DNA of 64,000 nucleotides from Elusimicrobiota bacterium (GTDB lineage Bacteria; Elusimicrobiota; Endomicrobiia; Endomicrobiales; JBDRNC01): NCBI GenBank assembly GCA_043811535.1, contig JBDRNC010000004.1, positions 1 to 64,000 of the forward strand, read 5' to 3'. Shown piece by piece: positions 50,427 to 57,679 of this stretch (position 1 is its first letter; each line of letters starts with the position of its first letter). The notes under the pieces were generated by a model. It saw only the letters and a program-made list of their open reading frames with translations, ran no database searches and was not told where the DNA came from. The position numbers and the translations under genes were made by a program.

Positions 50427-50466
50427 GCTTAAAAGGCAGGTGCTCTACCGACTGAGCTACGGGCCC
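50427..50466 (-). pseudogene. 5' half of tRNA-Lys(TTT), cut just after the anticodon loop
   Basis: GGGCCCGTAGCTCAGTCGGTAGAGCACCTGC-CTTTTAA-GC, then unrelated sequence with no T arm. Confidence 0.8.
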
Positions 50467-50707
50467 AACTCGCGATAACTTGTTCAATGAACTGCCGATT
50501 ACGCTGCTTCTTTAGATAAAATTCTGTTTTATATGCTTCCGATTTATCGCTAAATTGTTTATATGCCTCTAAATTGAGTGGCAACCTGTTTTTAGTGGCT
50601 TTTGAACGTCCCTGAAAATGTCTTTCTATCCTATCCGTTAAGTTTCCCGTAACACCAACATAGAAATCATTGTCTTTCAAGCTTCTGAGAACATAAACAT
50701 AATACAT
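50429..50707 (-). CDS. Small GIY-YIG nuclease family protein
   Basis: MYYVYVLRS...FYVGVTGNL..RIERH..G.SKATK.R.P..L...EAY..E..LKK. Confidence 0.9.
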   Translation of the reverse strand: MYYVYVLRSLKDNDFYVGVTGNLTDRIERHFQGRSKATKNRLPLNLEAYKQFSDKSEAYKTEFYLKKQRNRQFIEQVIASWARSSVGRAPAF

Positions 50708-50749
50708 GCGCCCCCCACTTCAACGCACGACTCGGCCGAAAAGTCGGCC

Positions 50750-50775
50750 TGCTCTACCGACTGAGCTACGGGCCC
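50750..50775 (-). repeat. Exact 26-bp duplicate of the tRNA-Lys 5' end
   Basis: Identical to 50441-50466. Confidence 0.9.
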
Positions 50776-50867
50776 GTCATTACGACAGTGATTAGTTATT
50801 GGTTTTTGGTTGTTAGTCCAATCACCAATTACCAATAACCAATTTTTGCCTCTATAAAACCTTTGGT

Positions 50868-50896
50868 ATTCTACTAAAAGAACACCCATTTGTCAA
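50868..50896 (-). promoter_or_regulatory. Sigma-70 promoter of the disrupted tRNA-Lys locus
   Basis: TTGACA-N17-TAGAAT. Confidence 0.75.
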
Positions 50897-51272
50897 TCGA
50901 CGCACCTTTAATGTTCTAAATCCGTCGTCCCCGAAGGTTTGAATCGGGGATCCATGCTAAAAGGTCGTCCGCAATAGCGGATATAGTGGTATTTTGGCCT
51001 GTCGCTACAATATATTGTGCTTCTATCCCAAAAAAAATCGCTCCGTGATACCTGATGCTTGTCTTGGTATCACCAAGCGACTAACCAATTGTCTTAAATA
51101 CAGTCAGCGTCGCCTTAATTTATGTTTGTATTATACAAATTTAGGAAACTTCTTTCAAGGAAAAACAGTGTATTATGAAAAATCTTCTTATCTTAATATT
51201 TTAACTCTGGACTTGCCCCGGTTTAGTGGACACGAGAAAGGGTAAAATGTACAATAACCCTGGAGGTGTCCG

Positions 51273-51611
51273 ATGCAGAAGCGAGATCGCAAGCGTTACA
51301 GCCGTGAATTCAAGATGGAAGCCGTACGCCGAACTCAAGTAACCGGGAAAAGCGTTGCTGAAGTGGCCCGTGAACTGGAAATACCCGTCCATCATCTCTA
51401 CAAATGGCGCACTGAAGTTGACAGGAAAGAAACAGAGGCATTCCCTAACACAGGGCACAGTACGCCGAACGAAGAACTTGAAGCTCTGCGCCGAGAAAAC
51501 AAGCGTTTGCGCGAAGAACGGGACATTTTAAAAAAAAGCCTAATTTACTTTGCCAAGGACGCCTCGAAAGATATCGGTTCATCCGGGAACACGAACGGGA
51601 ATTCAGAATAG
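51273..51611 (+). CDS. IS3 transposase OrfA
   Basis: RKRYSREFKMEAVR...VAEVARELEI...ERDILKK; slippery A-run plus G at 51530-51538. Confidence 0.92.
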   Translation: MQKRDRKRYSREFKMEAVRRTQVTGKSVAEVARELEIPVHHLYKWRTEVDRKETEAFPNTGHSTPNEELEALRRENKRLREERDILKKSLIYFAKDASKDIGSSGNTNGNSE

Positions 51612-52444
51612 CCACGATGTGCTTTGTTTTGGCGGTTAGCCGGTCCGGATATTACGCCTGGAAGACGCGAAGCCAAAGCAGGCGTTGCCGTGAAGATGCA
51701 ACGTTGCTGGTCCAGATTCAGTGTATTTATGCCAAGAGCCGAAAAGTCTATGGGGCTCCAAGGATACATGAAGCATTGAAGTCTGAAGGGCTGCATTTGG
51801 GACGAAAGCGAGTAGCACGGTTGATGAGGGTCCATGGAATAGTTGCTGAGCCTCATCGAAGGATGCGATGGAAACAGGCTTATAAGACGGCTGAAGCAGC
51901 GGATAATCTGGTGAACCGACAGTTTGATGTTCCGGAACCAAACAGAGTATGGGCTGCCGATATGACGATGTTCTGGACAGGCTCCGGATGGGTGCATTTG
52001 GCGGTCGTAATTGATCTTTTTTCGCGAAGAGTTGTAGGATGGGCCATGCATGGTCAACCCTCGGAGCGTTTGGTGATTAATGCCCTGGAAATGGCTGTTT
52101 TGAGCCGAAGACCCGAAGGTTCTTTGATTCATCATTGTGATCAGGGAAGCCAGTATAGAAGCTATCATTTCCGTTCCAAGCTGAAAGAGTATGGCATACA
52201 GCTCAGCATGAGTCGTAAAGGAAACTGCTGGGATAACGCAGTTGTAGAGAGCTTCTTCAAGACCTTGAAACAAGAACTGCAGAACGATGCCAGATTCGTT
52301 TCGCGAGAAGAAGCCAGATCACAGTTGTTTGAATACATAGAAATATTTTACAATCGTAAAAGGCTGCACTCGACGTTGGGCTATCTAAGCCCTACGCAAT
52401 ACGAGTCGAAATTACCTGCTTCTGTGTCCACAAAAGCGGGGTAA
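51530..52444 (+). CDS. IS3 transposase OrfB (DDE), reached by -1 frameshift
   Basis: The -1 frame is open from the slippery site (RYRFIREHEREF...MC); WAADMT, HHCDQGSQY, GNCWDNAVVESFF, YNRKRLHSTLGYLSP. Confidence 0.92.
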   Translation, partial: KKKPNLLCQGRLERYRFIREHEREFRIATMCFVLAVSRSGYYAWKTRSQSRRCREDATLLVQIQCIYAKSRKVYGAPRIHEALKSEGLHLGRKRVARLMRVHGIVAEPHRRMRWKQAYKTAEAADNLVNRQFDVPEPNRVWAADMTMFWTGSGWVHLAVVIDLFSRRVVGWAMHGQPSERLVINALEMAVLSRRPEGSLIHHCDQGSQYRSYHFRSKLKEYGIQLSMSRKGNCWDNAVVESFFKTLKQELQNDARFVSREEARSQLFEYIEIFYNRKRLHSTLGYLSPTQYESKLPASVSTKAG

Positions 52445-52449
52445 CTCCA

Positions 52450-52631
52450 CTCCGTCCCCTATTCAACATTGATGTGTTTATATATACATCATAAAGATTT
52501 TGCTGTTTGCATGTCCATGAAGGAGCTGATAGATACTGATTAGCCGTATCAATCAAGTCATTTCTGCTCTTTGCAGAAAGCAAGCACGTGTTTGATAACA
52601 TCAATAATGAAATAATGATTAGTTTATTCAT
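52450..52631 (-). pseudogene. Truncated N-terminus of a secreted NlpC/P60-type protein (paralog of 54042..54698)
   Basis: ATG at 52631; signal peptide then DLIDTANQYLSAPSWTCKQQNLYDVYINTSM identical to the paralog; similarity ends about 17 nt before the IS. Confidence 0.75.
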
Positions 52632-53922
52632 CTTTTCCAAAAGGAATAAATAATATTCGACGGAATAGCGGATGCGGAAATATGCTATAGACATGTCCGT
52701 CTTGTCCGATTTTGCCGCCAGGATTATTCCCGCCTAATCTTCTTACGATAACAACATTGTGTGTTCCAGTTAATTTTCCGTCCAAAGCATATTCTAATAC
52801 ATCTAAATCATAATAATCATCTCCAACAAATCTATCAGTGCAAAATATTCTATAGCCTTTATTATCAAATAAATAGGCCCTCCCTAGTATATTATATGTA
52901 TCAATAATTTCCGGGAAGGTTATCGTAGTATTATAACCATTAATAGTTTTTAAACTCATCATCTTCATGTTTTTACCAACCAATCTTACTTCATAATTCA
53001 ATTTATTAACGGTATCCTGGTGAGATTTGACATTAAATATCTTTTCATTAATAAAATCATATTTTCCGCCTTCCGCAGCCATGTTCACATTCCCATTTTC
53101 CAATAATAACTCGGGCGTATAAAGCTGTTTGGATTTTAGTATTACAGGATATTTGTTTGTTAATTCATCATCCGTAAAACGCCACACATCATACTCCCCC
53201 TGGGGTTCCATAAACCGCGGAAACGTAACATTCTTCACTAAAAGGAAATAAAGATTATCTTGCCCGTCAATGGCGATATCTGCTCCGAAATAATAAATAT
53301 CCTTGTTAAGATAGTAATAATACTCTGTTTCATTGTCCGGATAGTAATCTGCTCCATCTAATATACACCAGGCGTCCGGTGCTCCACTTTGCTCATCTCT
53401 AATGCCTTTTTTCCGATATTTAACCGCGCTTTCTCCGTTCTTTCTTGCTCTTGCAGGAACTGCAATAGATTTAATGTATTTACCATCTTTTGAAAACTTC
53501 TGTATCCTGTTATTCATGGGGTCAAGGAAGTATATCTCGCCTTTTGAATTGACGGCATAATGTCTACCATAACCTGAACCCGTACCTTCTCCGGTCATAA
53601 ATGAATCAAGCATAAACTTGCCGGGTTCGGTTCCGTTGACTATTTCAAACAGCTTCTCTTCTTTCGTTTCAAGCAGCATCACGGGATATGTTGCATAAGG
53701 CGTCAGCACTTCCACATACGGGGCAGACGATTCAATAAGCGTGTATCCTGGAGGCATCTCTACATCAGTGATTTTGAGCTTCTTTGCCGGTTTCTTCTGT
53801 TCCTGCTGGTTAAGTATTTCTTGGTTTGAGGGTTGGTCAGGCAACAGTTCTTTTTTAGCCTTACAGCACGATAGAATAATGGCACAAAACAAAATTAGCA
53901 ATACTGGTTTTATTGATCCCAT
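52624..53922 (-). CDS. Putative lipoprotein with NHL-like beta-propeller repeat
   Basis: Lipobox-like ILSC; AVNSKGEIYFLDPMNNRIQKFSKDGKYIKSI. Confidence 0.85.
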   Translation of the reverse strand: MGSIKPVLLILFCAIILSCCKAKKELLPDQPSNQEILNQQEQKKPAKKLKITDVEMPPGYTLIESSAPYVEVLTPYATYPVMLLETKEEKLFEIVNGTEPGKFMLDSFMTGEGTGSGYGRHYAVNSKGEIYFLDPMNNRIQKFSKDGKYIKSIAVPARARKNGESAVKYRKKGIRDEQSGAPDAWCILDGADYYPDNETEYYYYLNKDIYYFGADIAIDGQDNLYFLLVKNVTFPRFMEPQGEYDVWRFTDDELTNKYPVILKSKQLYTPELLLENGNVNMAAEGGKYDFINEKIFNVKSHQDTVNKLNYEVRLVGKNMKMMSLKTINGYNTTITFPEIIDTYNILGRAYLFDNKGYRIFCTDRFVGDDYYDLDVLEYALDGKLTGTHNVVIVRRLGGNNPGGKIGQDGHVYSIFPHPLFRRILFIPFGKDE

Positions 53923-53945
53923 AAACGCTCCTTGAGCACTTAGCC

Positions 53946-53974
53946 GTTTAACACTTCCGAAGTGTTAAACGGTG
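53946..53974. repeat. Perfect 13-bp inverted repeat (REP-like)
   Basis: CCGTTTAACACTT-ccg-AAGTGTTAAACGG. Confidence 0.6.
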
Positions 53975-54041
53975 TAATATCTCGGGATACTATGCTGTTA
54001 TCATTTCTTTCTTTGCAACAATAAAAGATATGTCACCGGGA

Positions 54042-54698
54042 CTAAAGAACAACATGGGTGTAGTCACCATCTTTATTTTGATAAACAAGAAAATCACCCT
54101 TTTTCAATTCTTTCGGCGCTATAGGCATACAGTGCCCTCTCACGCCTTCCGATACATTCCATTTATTTTCCACATTCGCGACATTATACATCACCAATCT
54201 TTGTACAAAACCGCTGCAGTCAATGCCTGCATAGCCATCAGTAGGCGAGCCTTGAGTAGAACTGTCTGGATTATAATCATGGTCTCTTGCGCCGGCGATA
54301 TATTTTTTGGCAGTATCATCTATTTTTTCCTTAAATCTGGCGGGCTTATCCACATGCCCCCAAGCATATGCGACACCGGTATAATAAGGAATGAGGTCAT
54401 CTTTTTTGAATGGCCAGAATATTTCTCTTAAATTATTGTTGGGATTACAATCTCTATCATCAATACCATCCGAACCAATTTTCATTCCTTCCCGGATATC
54501 ATTTTTTGTAAATATATAGAATCCTTCTTTGGGCATTGATGTGTTTATATATACATCATAAAGATTTTGCTGTTTGCATGTCCATGAAGGAGCTGATAGA
54601 TACTGATTAGCCGTATCAATCAAGTCACTTCTGCTGCTTGCAGAAAGCAGGCAAGTATTTTATAATATCAATAGTAGAATAACAGTTCTTTTATTCAT
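54042..54698 (-). pseudogene. Secreted NlpC/P60-like peptidase with a nonsense codon in the signal peptide and a probable 3' truncation
   Basis: ATG at 54698; in-frame TAA at 54662-54660 where the paralog has TCA; VAYAWG, GIDCSGFVQ, LKKGDFLV, THVVL then stop. Confidence 0.75.
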
Positions 54699-55959
54699 CT
54701 TTTAAAATCGGTTTAAAACCTACTCTCAGAAACAACGGATATGGATATCTATTGTAGGCGTATCCATCTTGCTCTATCTTGCCGGCAAAGCAATTTCCAT
54801 ATATTGTTAAATGGATTGCCCTGCTAAACACGCCTAAACAGTTTCCATTAAGGTTATATTCTACTATTTCTCCATCAAATCCATCTCGCAAATTATGGGT
54901 TGTATATATTCTAATTATTGAATCTTCAGTTACAAATGTTCTGCCGAGTACAGTAAAAATATCTATATCTTTGCGGAGCTTTATAACAGTTTGGTTTCCG
55001 TCCAATTGTGTCAATTTAATAATACAATTATCTTTATCAATAACCTCAACGATATAGTGTTTCTTTTTAACTATATTGAGTTTATCTGAATCAAGCCTTT
55101 CCTTATTAACAGCATCGTTCAAGTCATAAACGGTTCCATACCTGCCGGTAAAGTCATTATTAAATTCATAGCTGATTATTCTATGCGGATATTTTTTCAC
55201 TAACTTATCATTAATAAATTGCCATACCTCATACTCACCCTGCAGATGCATAAACCGTGTAAACTCAACATTCTTTACTAAAAGAAAATAGAGAATATCC
55301 TGCCCGTCAACGGCTATATCTGTTCCGAAATAATACAAATCCCTATTAAAATAGTAATAGTGAGCAGTATCTTCTAAATAAAAGTTACTTTCATCTAATA
55401 TACACCAGGCATCTGGTTTTTCTCTTTGCTTATCTGGAATGCCTTCTTTCTTGTATTTAACCGCACTTTCTCCGTTTTTTCCTGCCCTTGCGGGAACTGC
55501 AATTGATTTAATGTATTTACCGGTTCTACTGAATTTCTGTATCCTGTTATTCATCGGGTCAAGGAAATATATCTCTCCTTTTGAATTCACGGCATAATGT
55601 CTACCAAAACCTGTACCCGTACCTTCACCTGTAAGCATTTCATCAAACATAAACTTGCCGGGTTCTGTCCCGGTAACTATTTCAAACAGCTTCTCTTCTT
55701 TCATTTCAAGAAGCATCACGGGATGCGCTGCATAAGGTGTTAAAACCTGTACATACGGATTTGAAGAATCCACAAGAGAATAACCAATAGGCATTTCAAT
55801 ATCTGTTATTTTCAATATTTTCTTTGGAACATTTTGCTTTTTCAACTGTTGGGTAGCAGTTTGCCGGGGTATCGGTTCCTGTTTTGGCTTACAGCCAAAC
55901 AGAATAACAAAACTCAATAACAGCAATAGAATTGATTTTAAATAATTCATTAATACCAT
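54691..55959 (-). CDS. Putative lipoprotein with NHL-like repeat, paralog of 52624..53922
   Basis: Lipobox LFGC; near-identical N-terminal half to the paralog. Confidence 0.85.
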   Translation of the reverse strand: MVLMNYLKSILLLLLSFVILFGCKPKQEPIPRQTATQQLKKQNVPKKILKITDIEMPIGYSLVDSSNPYVQVLTPYAAHPVMLLEMKEEKLFEIVTGTEPGKFMFDEMLTGEGTGTGFGRHYAVNSKGEIYFLDPMNNRIQKFSRTGKYIKSIAVPARAGKNGESAVKYKKEGIPDKQREKPDAWCILDESNFYLEDTAHYYYFNRDLYYFGTDIAVDGQDILYFLLVKNVEFTRFMHLQGEYEVWQFINDKLVKKYPHRIISYEFNNDFTGRYGTVYDLNDAVNKERLDSDKLNIVKKKHYIVEVIDKDNCIIKLTQLDGNQTVIKLRKDIDIFTVLGRTFVTEDSIIRIYTTHNLRDGFDGEIVEYNLNGNCLGVFSRAIHLTIYGNCFAGKIEQDGYAYNRYPYPLFLRVGFKPILKDE

Positions 55960-56174
55960 TACCTCTCAAATATTATTTACCTTCCCACTCATTTTTGAAG
56001 AAATCAGGGTCGTATTCACCAATTAAGGCATAAACATCAAGAGTATAGTCAGGTTGACCATGGTGTGCCCCGCTTGAAAATGATACCAATAAAATAGATC
56101 AGAAGCAATCGCGGAATTGACCGTTTTTTTGTTTTTTTATATCATTAAGAACACTCTAATACCGGGAGGCGCTG

Positions 56175-57494
56175 ATGCTCGAAAAACTTTTCAAGCTCAA
56201 AGAGAACAACACTGACGTCAGGACTGAGGTTATCGGCGGGGCCACGACTTTTTTAACAATGTCTTATATTATTTTCGTCCAGCCGGTCGTGCTGGCGGCC
56301 TGCGGGATGAACAAGGATGCCGTTTTTGTCGCGACCTGCGTGGCGTCGGCCGTCGCGTGCCTGCTGATGGCCTTTCTGGCGAACTACCCGATAGCGCTGG
56401 CGCCCGCGATGGGACATAATTTTTATTTCGCCTACGTTGTCTGCATCGGCATGGGAGTGCCGTGGCAGATCGCGTTGGGAGCGAATTTCATATCCGGATT
56501 GTTATTCATGGCGCTTTCATTCGTCGGCCTTCGCGAAAAACTCGTAAACTCCATCCCGATGTCTCTGAAGAACGCCATAGCCGTGGGCATAGGACTTCTC
56601 ATCGCGCTTATCGGCCTTGAATGGTCAGGGATAATCGTTCAGGTGCCCGGGACATTGATAGGGCTCGGCCACCTGAAAAGCCCTTTCGTGCTTCTCTCTT
56701 TGTTCGGCGTAATGACAATCACTATCCTCATGACCTTGCGCGTGAAAGGCGCCATTCTCATCGGCCTTATCGTCAACGCCGTGATAGCGCTCCTGCTGGG
56801 CATGACCCGCTTTGAAGGCATTGTATCCTCCCCTCCTTCCATAGGCGATACATTATTCAAACTTGACATCAAAAACGCTCTGACATGGAACATGATAGGG
56901 GTGATATTTACGTTGTTTTTCCTTGACCTTTTTGATACTGTAGGCACTCTGGTCGGAATTAGCGAAGAGGCGGGCCTGATGAAAGGCGGCAAACTGCCCA
57001 GGGCCAAAGGGGCGCTCATGAGCGACGCGCTCGGAACCATCCAGGGTACGTTGCTCGGAACATCCACGGTGACAAGCTATATTGAAAGCTCCACCGGAGT
57101 GGCGGAAGGCGCAAAAACAGGCCTTGCGAACGTTGTTACGGCCGTATTATTCGTGCTGGCGCTGTTTTTTTATCCGCTGATTAAGATGGTTTCGGCCGGG
57201 TGCGCGTCCGGAGGCGCCGTCTTTTACCCCGTTATTTCTCCCGCGCTGATAATGGTCGGGGTGCTCATGATGGCAAACGTCAAAACCATCGATTGGAAAG
57301 ACCTGACGGAAGCCATGCCCGCCTTCCTGACGATAGTGATAATGTCATTCTCGTTCAGCATCACGGAGGGCATATCGTTCGGGTTCATAACCTATACGCT
57401 TTTAAAAACGGTTAAAGGGAAGTTCAAGGAAGTGCCAGTGCTGGTAAGCGTGTTCTCGGTTTTGTTCATACTGAGATACATATTCCTGATGTAA
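56175..57494 (+). CDS. NCS2/AzgA-like purine (adenine/guanine/hypoxanthine) permease
   Basis: LFKLKENNTDVRTEVIGGATTFLTMSYIIFVQP, ANYPIALAPAMG, FDTVGTL, TSYIESSTG; GGAGG RBS. Confidence 0.95.
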   Translation: MLEKLFKLKENNTDVRTEVIGGATTFLTMSYIIFVQPVVLAACGMNKDAVFVATCVASAVACLLMAFLANYPIALAPAMGHNFYFAYVVCIGMGVPWQIALGANFISGLLFMALSFVGLREKLVNSIPMSLKNAIAVGIGLLIALIGLEWSGIIVQVPGTLIGLGHLKSPFVLLSLFGVMTITILMTLRVKGAILIGLIVNAVIALLLGMTRFEGIVSSPPSIGDTLFKLDIKNALTWNMIGVIFTLFFLDLFDTVGTLVGISEEAGLMKGGKLPRAKGALMSDALGTIQGTLLGTSTVTSYIESSTGVAEGAKTGLANVVTAVLFVLALFFYPLIKMVSAGCASGGAVFYPVISPALIMVGVLMMANVKTIDWKDLTEAMPAFLTIVIMSFSFSITEGISFGFITYTLLKTVKGKFKEVPVLVSVFSVLFILRYIFLM

Positions 57495-57517
57495 ATCAGC
57501 AATATGCTGAATAGACG

Positions 57518-57620
57518 AAAAAAAGCCATACTCGATCTGCTTGTTGAGACCTATCGAGTATGGCTTGCTTCTACTTCACCTGCAACTTCTTTCCAGGGCC
57601 CATGACGGCCCCAACTGATT
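57518..57620 (-). ncRNA. Candidate small RNA or orphan leader, about 100 nt
   Basis: Own promoter upstream; GGGGCC-gtcatg-GGCCCT hairpin; 13-bp terminator stem followed by U7; no downstream gene on this strand. Confidence 0.5.
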
Positions 57621-57626
57621 ACTAAT

Positions 57627-57654
57627 ACTATAGCAGATTGATTGGCATTGTCAA
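57627..57654 (-). promoter_or_regulatory. Near-consensus sigma-70 promoter
   Basis: TTGACA-N16-TATAGT with extended -10 TG. Confidence 0.7.
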
Positions 57655-57679
57655 GTATTATTATTTTGCTTCCGGTTAC

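Larger units (their letters stand above)
51208..52449 (+). mobile_element. Complete IS3-family element (1242 bp) with 3-bp target duplication CTC
   Basis: IRL TGGACTTGCCCCGGTTTAGTGGACAC; IRR GTGTCCACAAAAGCGGGGTAACTCCA; CTC at 51205-51207 and 52450-52452. Confidence 0.92.

Noticed and set aside
49585..50775. Functional tRNA genes
   Set aside because: All four tRNA-like pieces lack either the 5' or the 3' half; no complete cloverleaf could be built.
52467..54627. 94-bp repeat as a diversity-generating retroelement TR/VR pair
   Set aside because: The copies are identical with no adenine-specific differences, and no reverse transcriptase is present.
55975..56080. Short open frame upstream of the lipoprotein (...DYTLDVYALIGEYDPDFFKNEWEGK*)
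   Set aside because: May be the tail of a deleted gene, but it has no start and is too short to support a call.
56088..56174. Purine riboswitch upstream of the NCS2 permease
   Set aside because: The conserved purine-riboswitch core (TATAAT...GATATGG...GTTTCTACC...CCGTAAA...GACTA) is absent and the leader is short.
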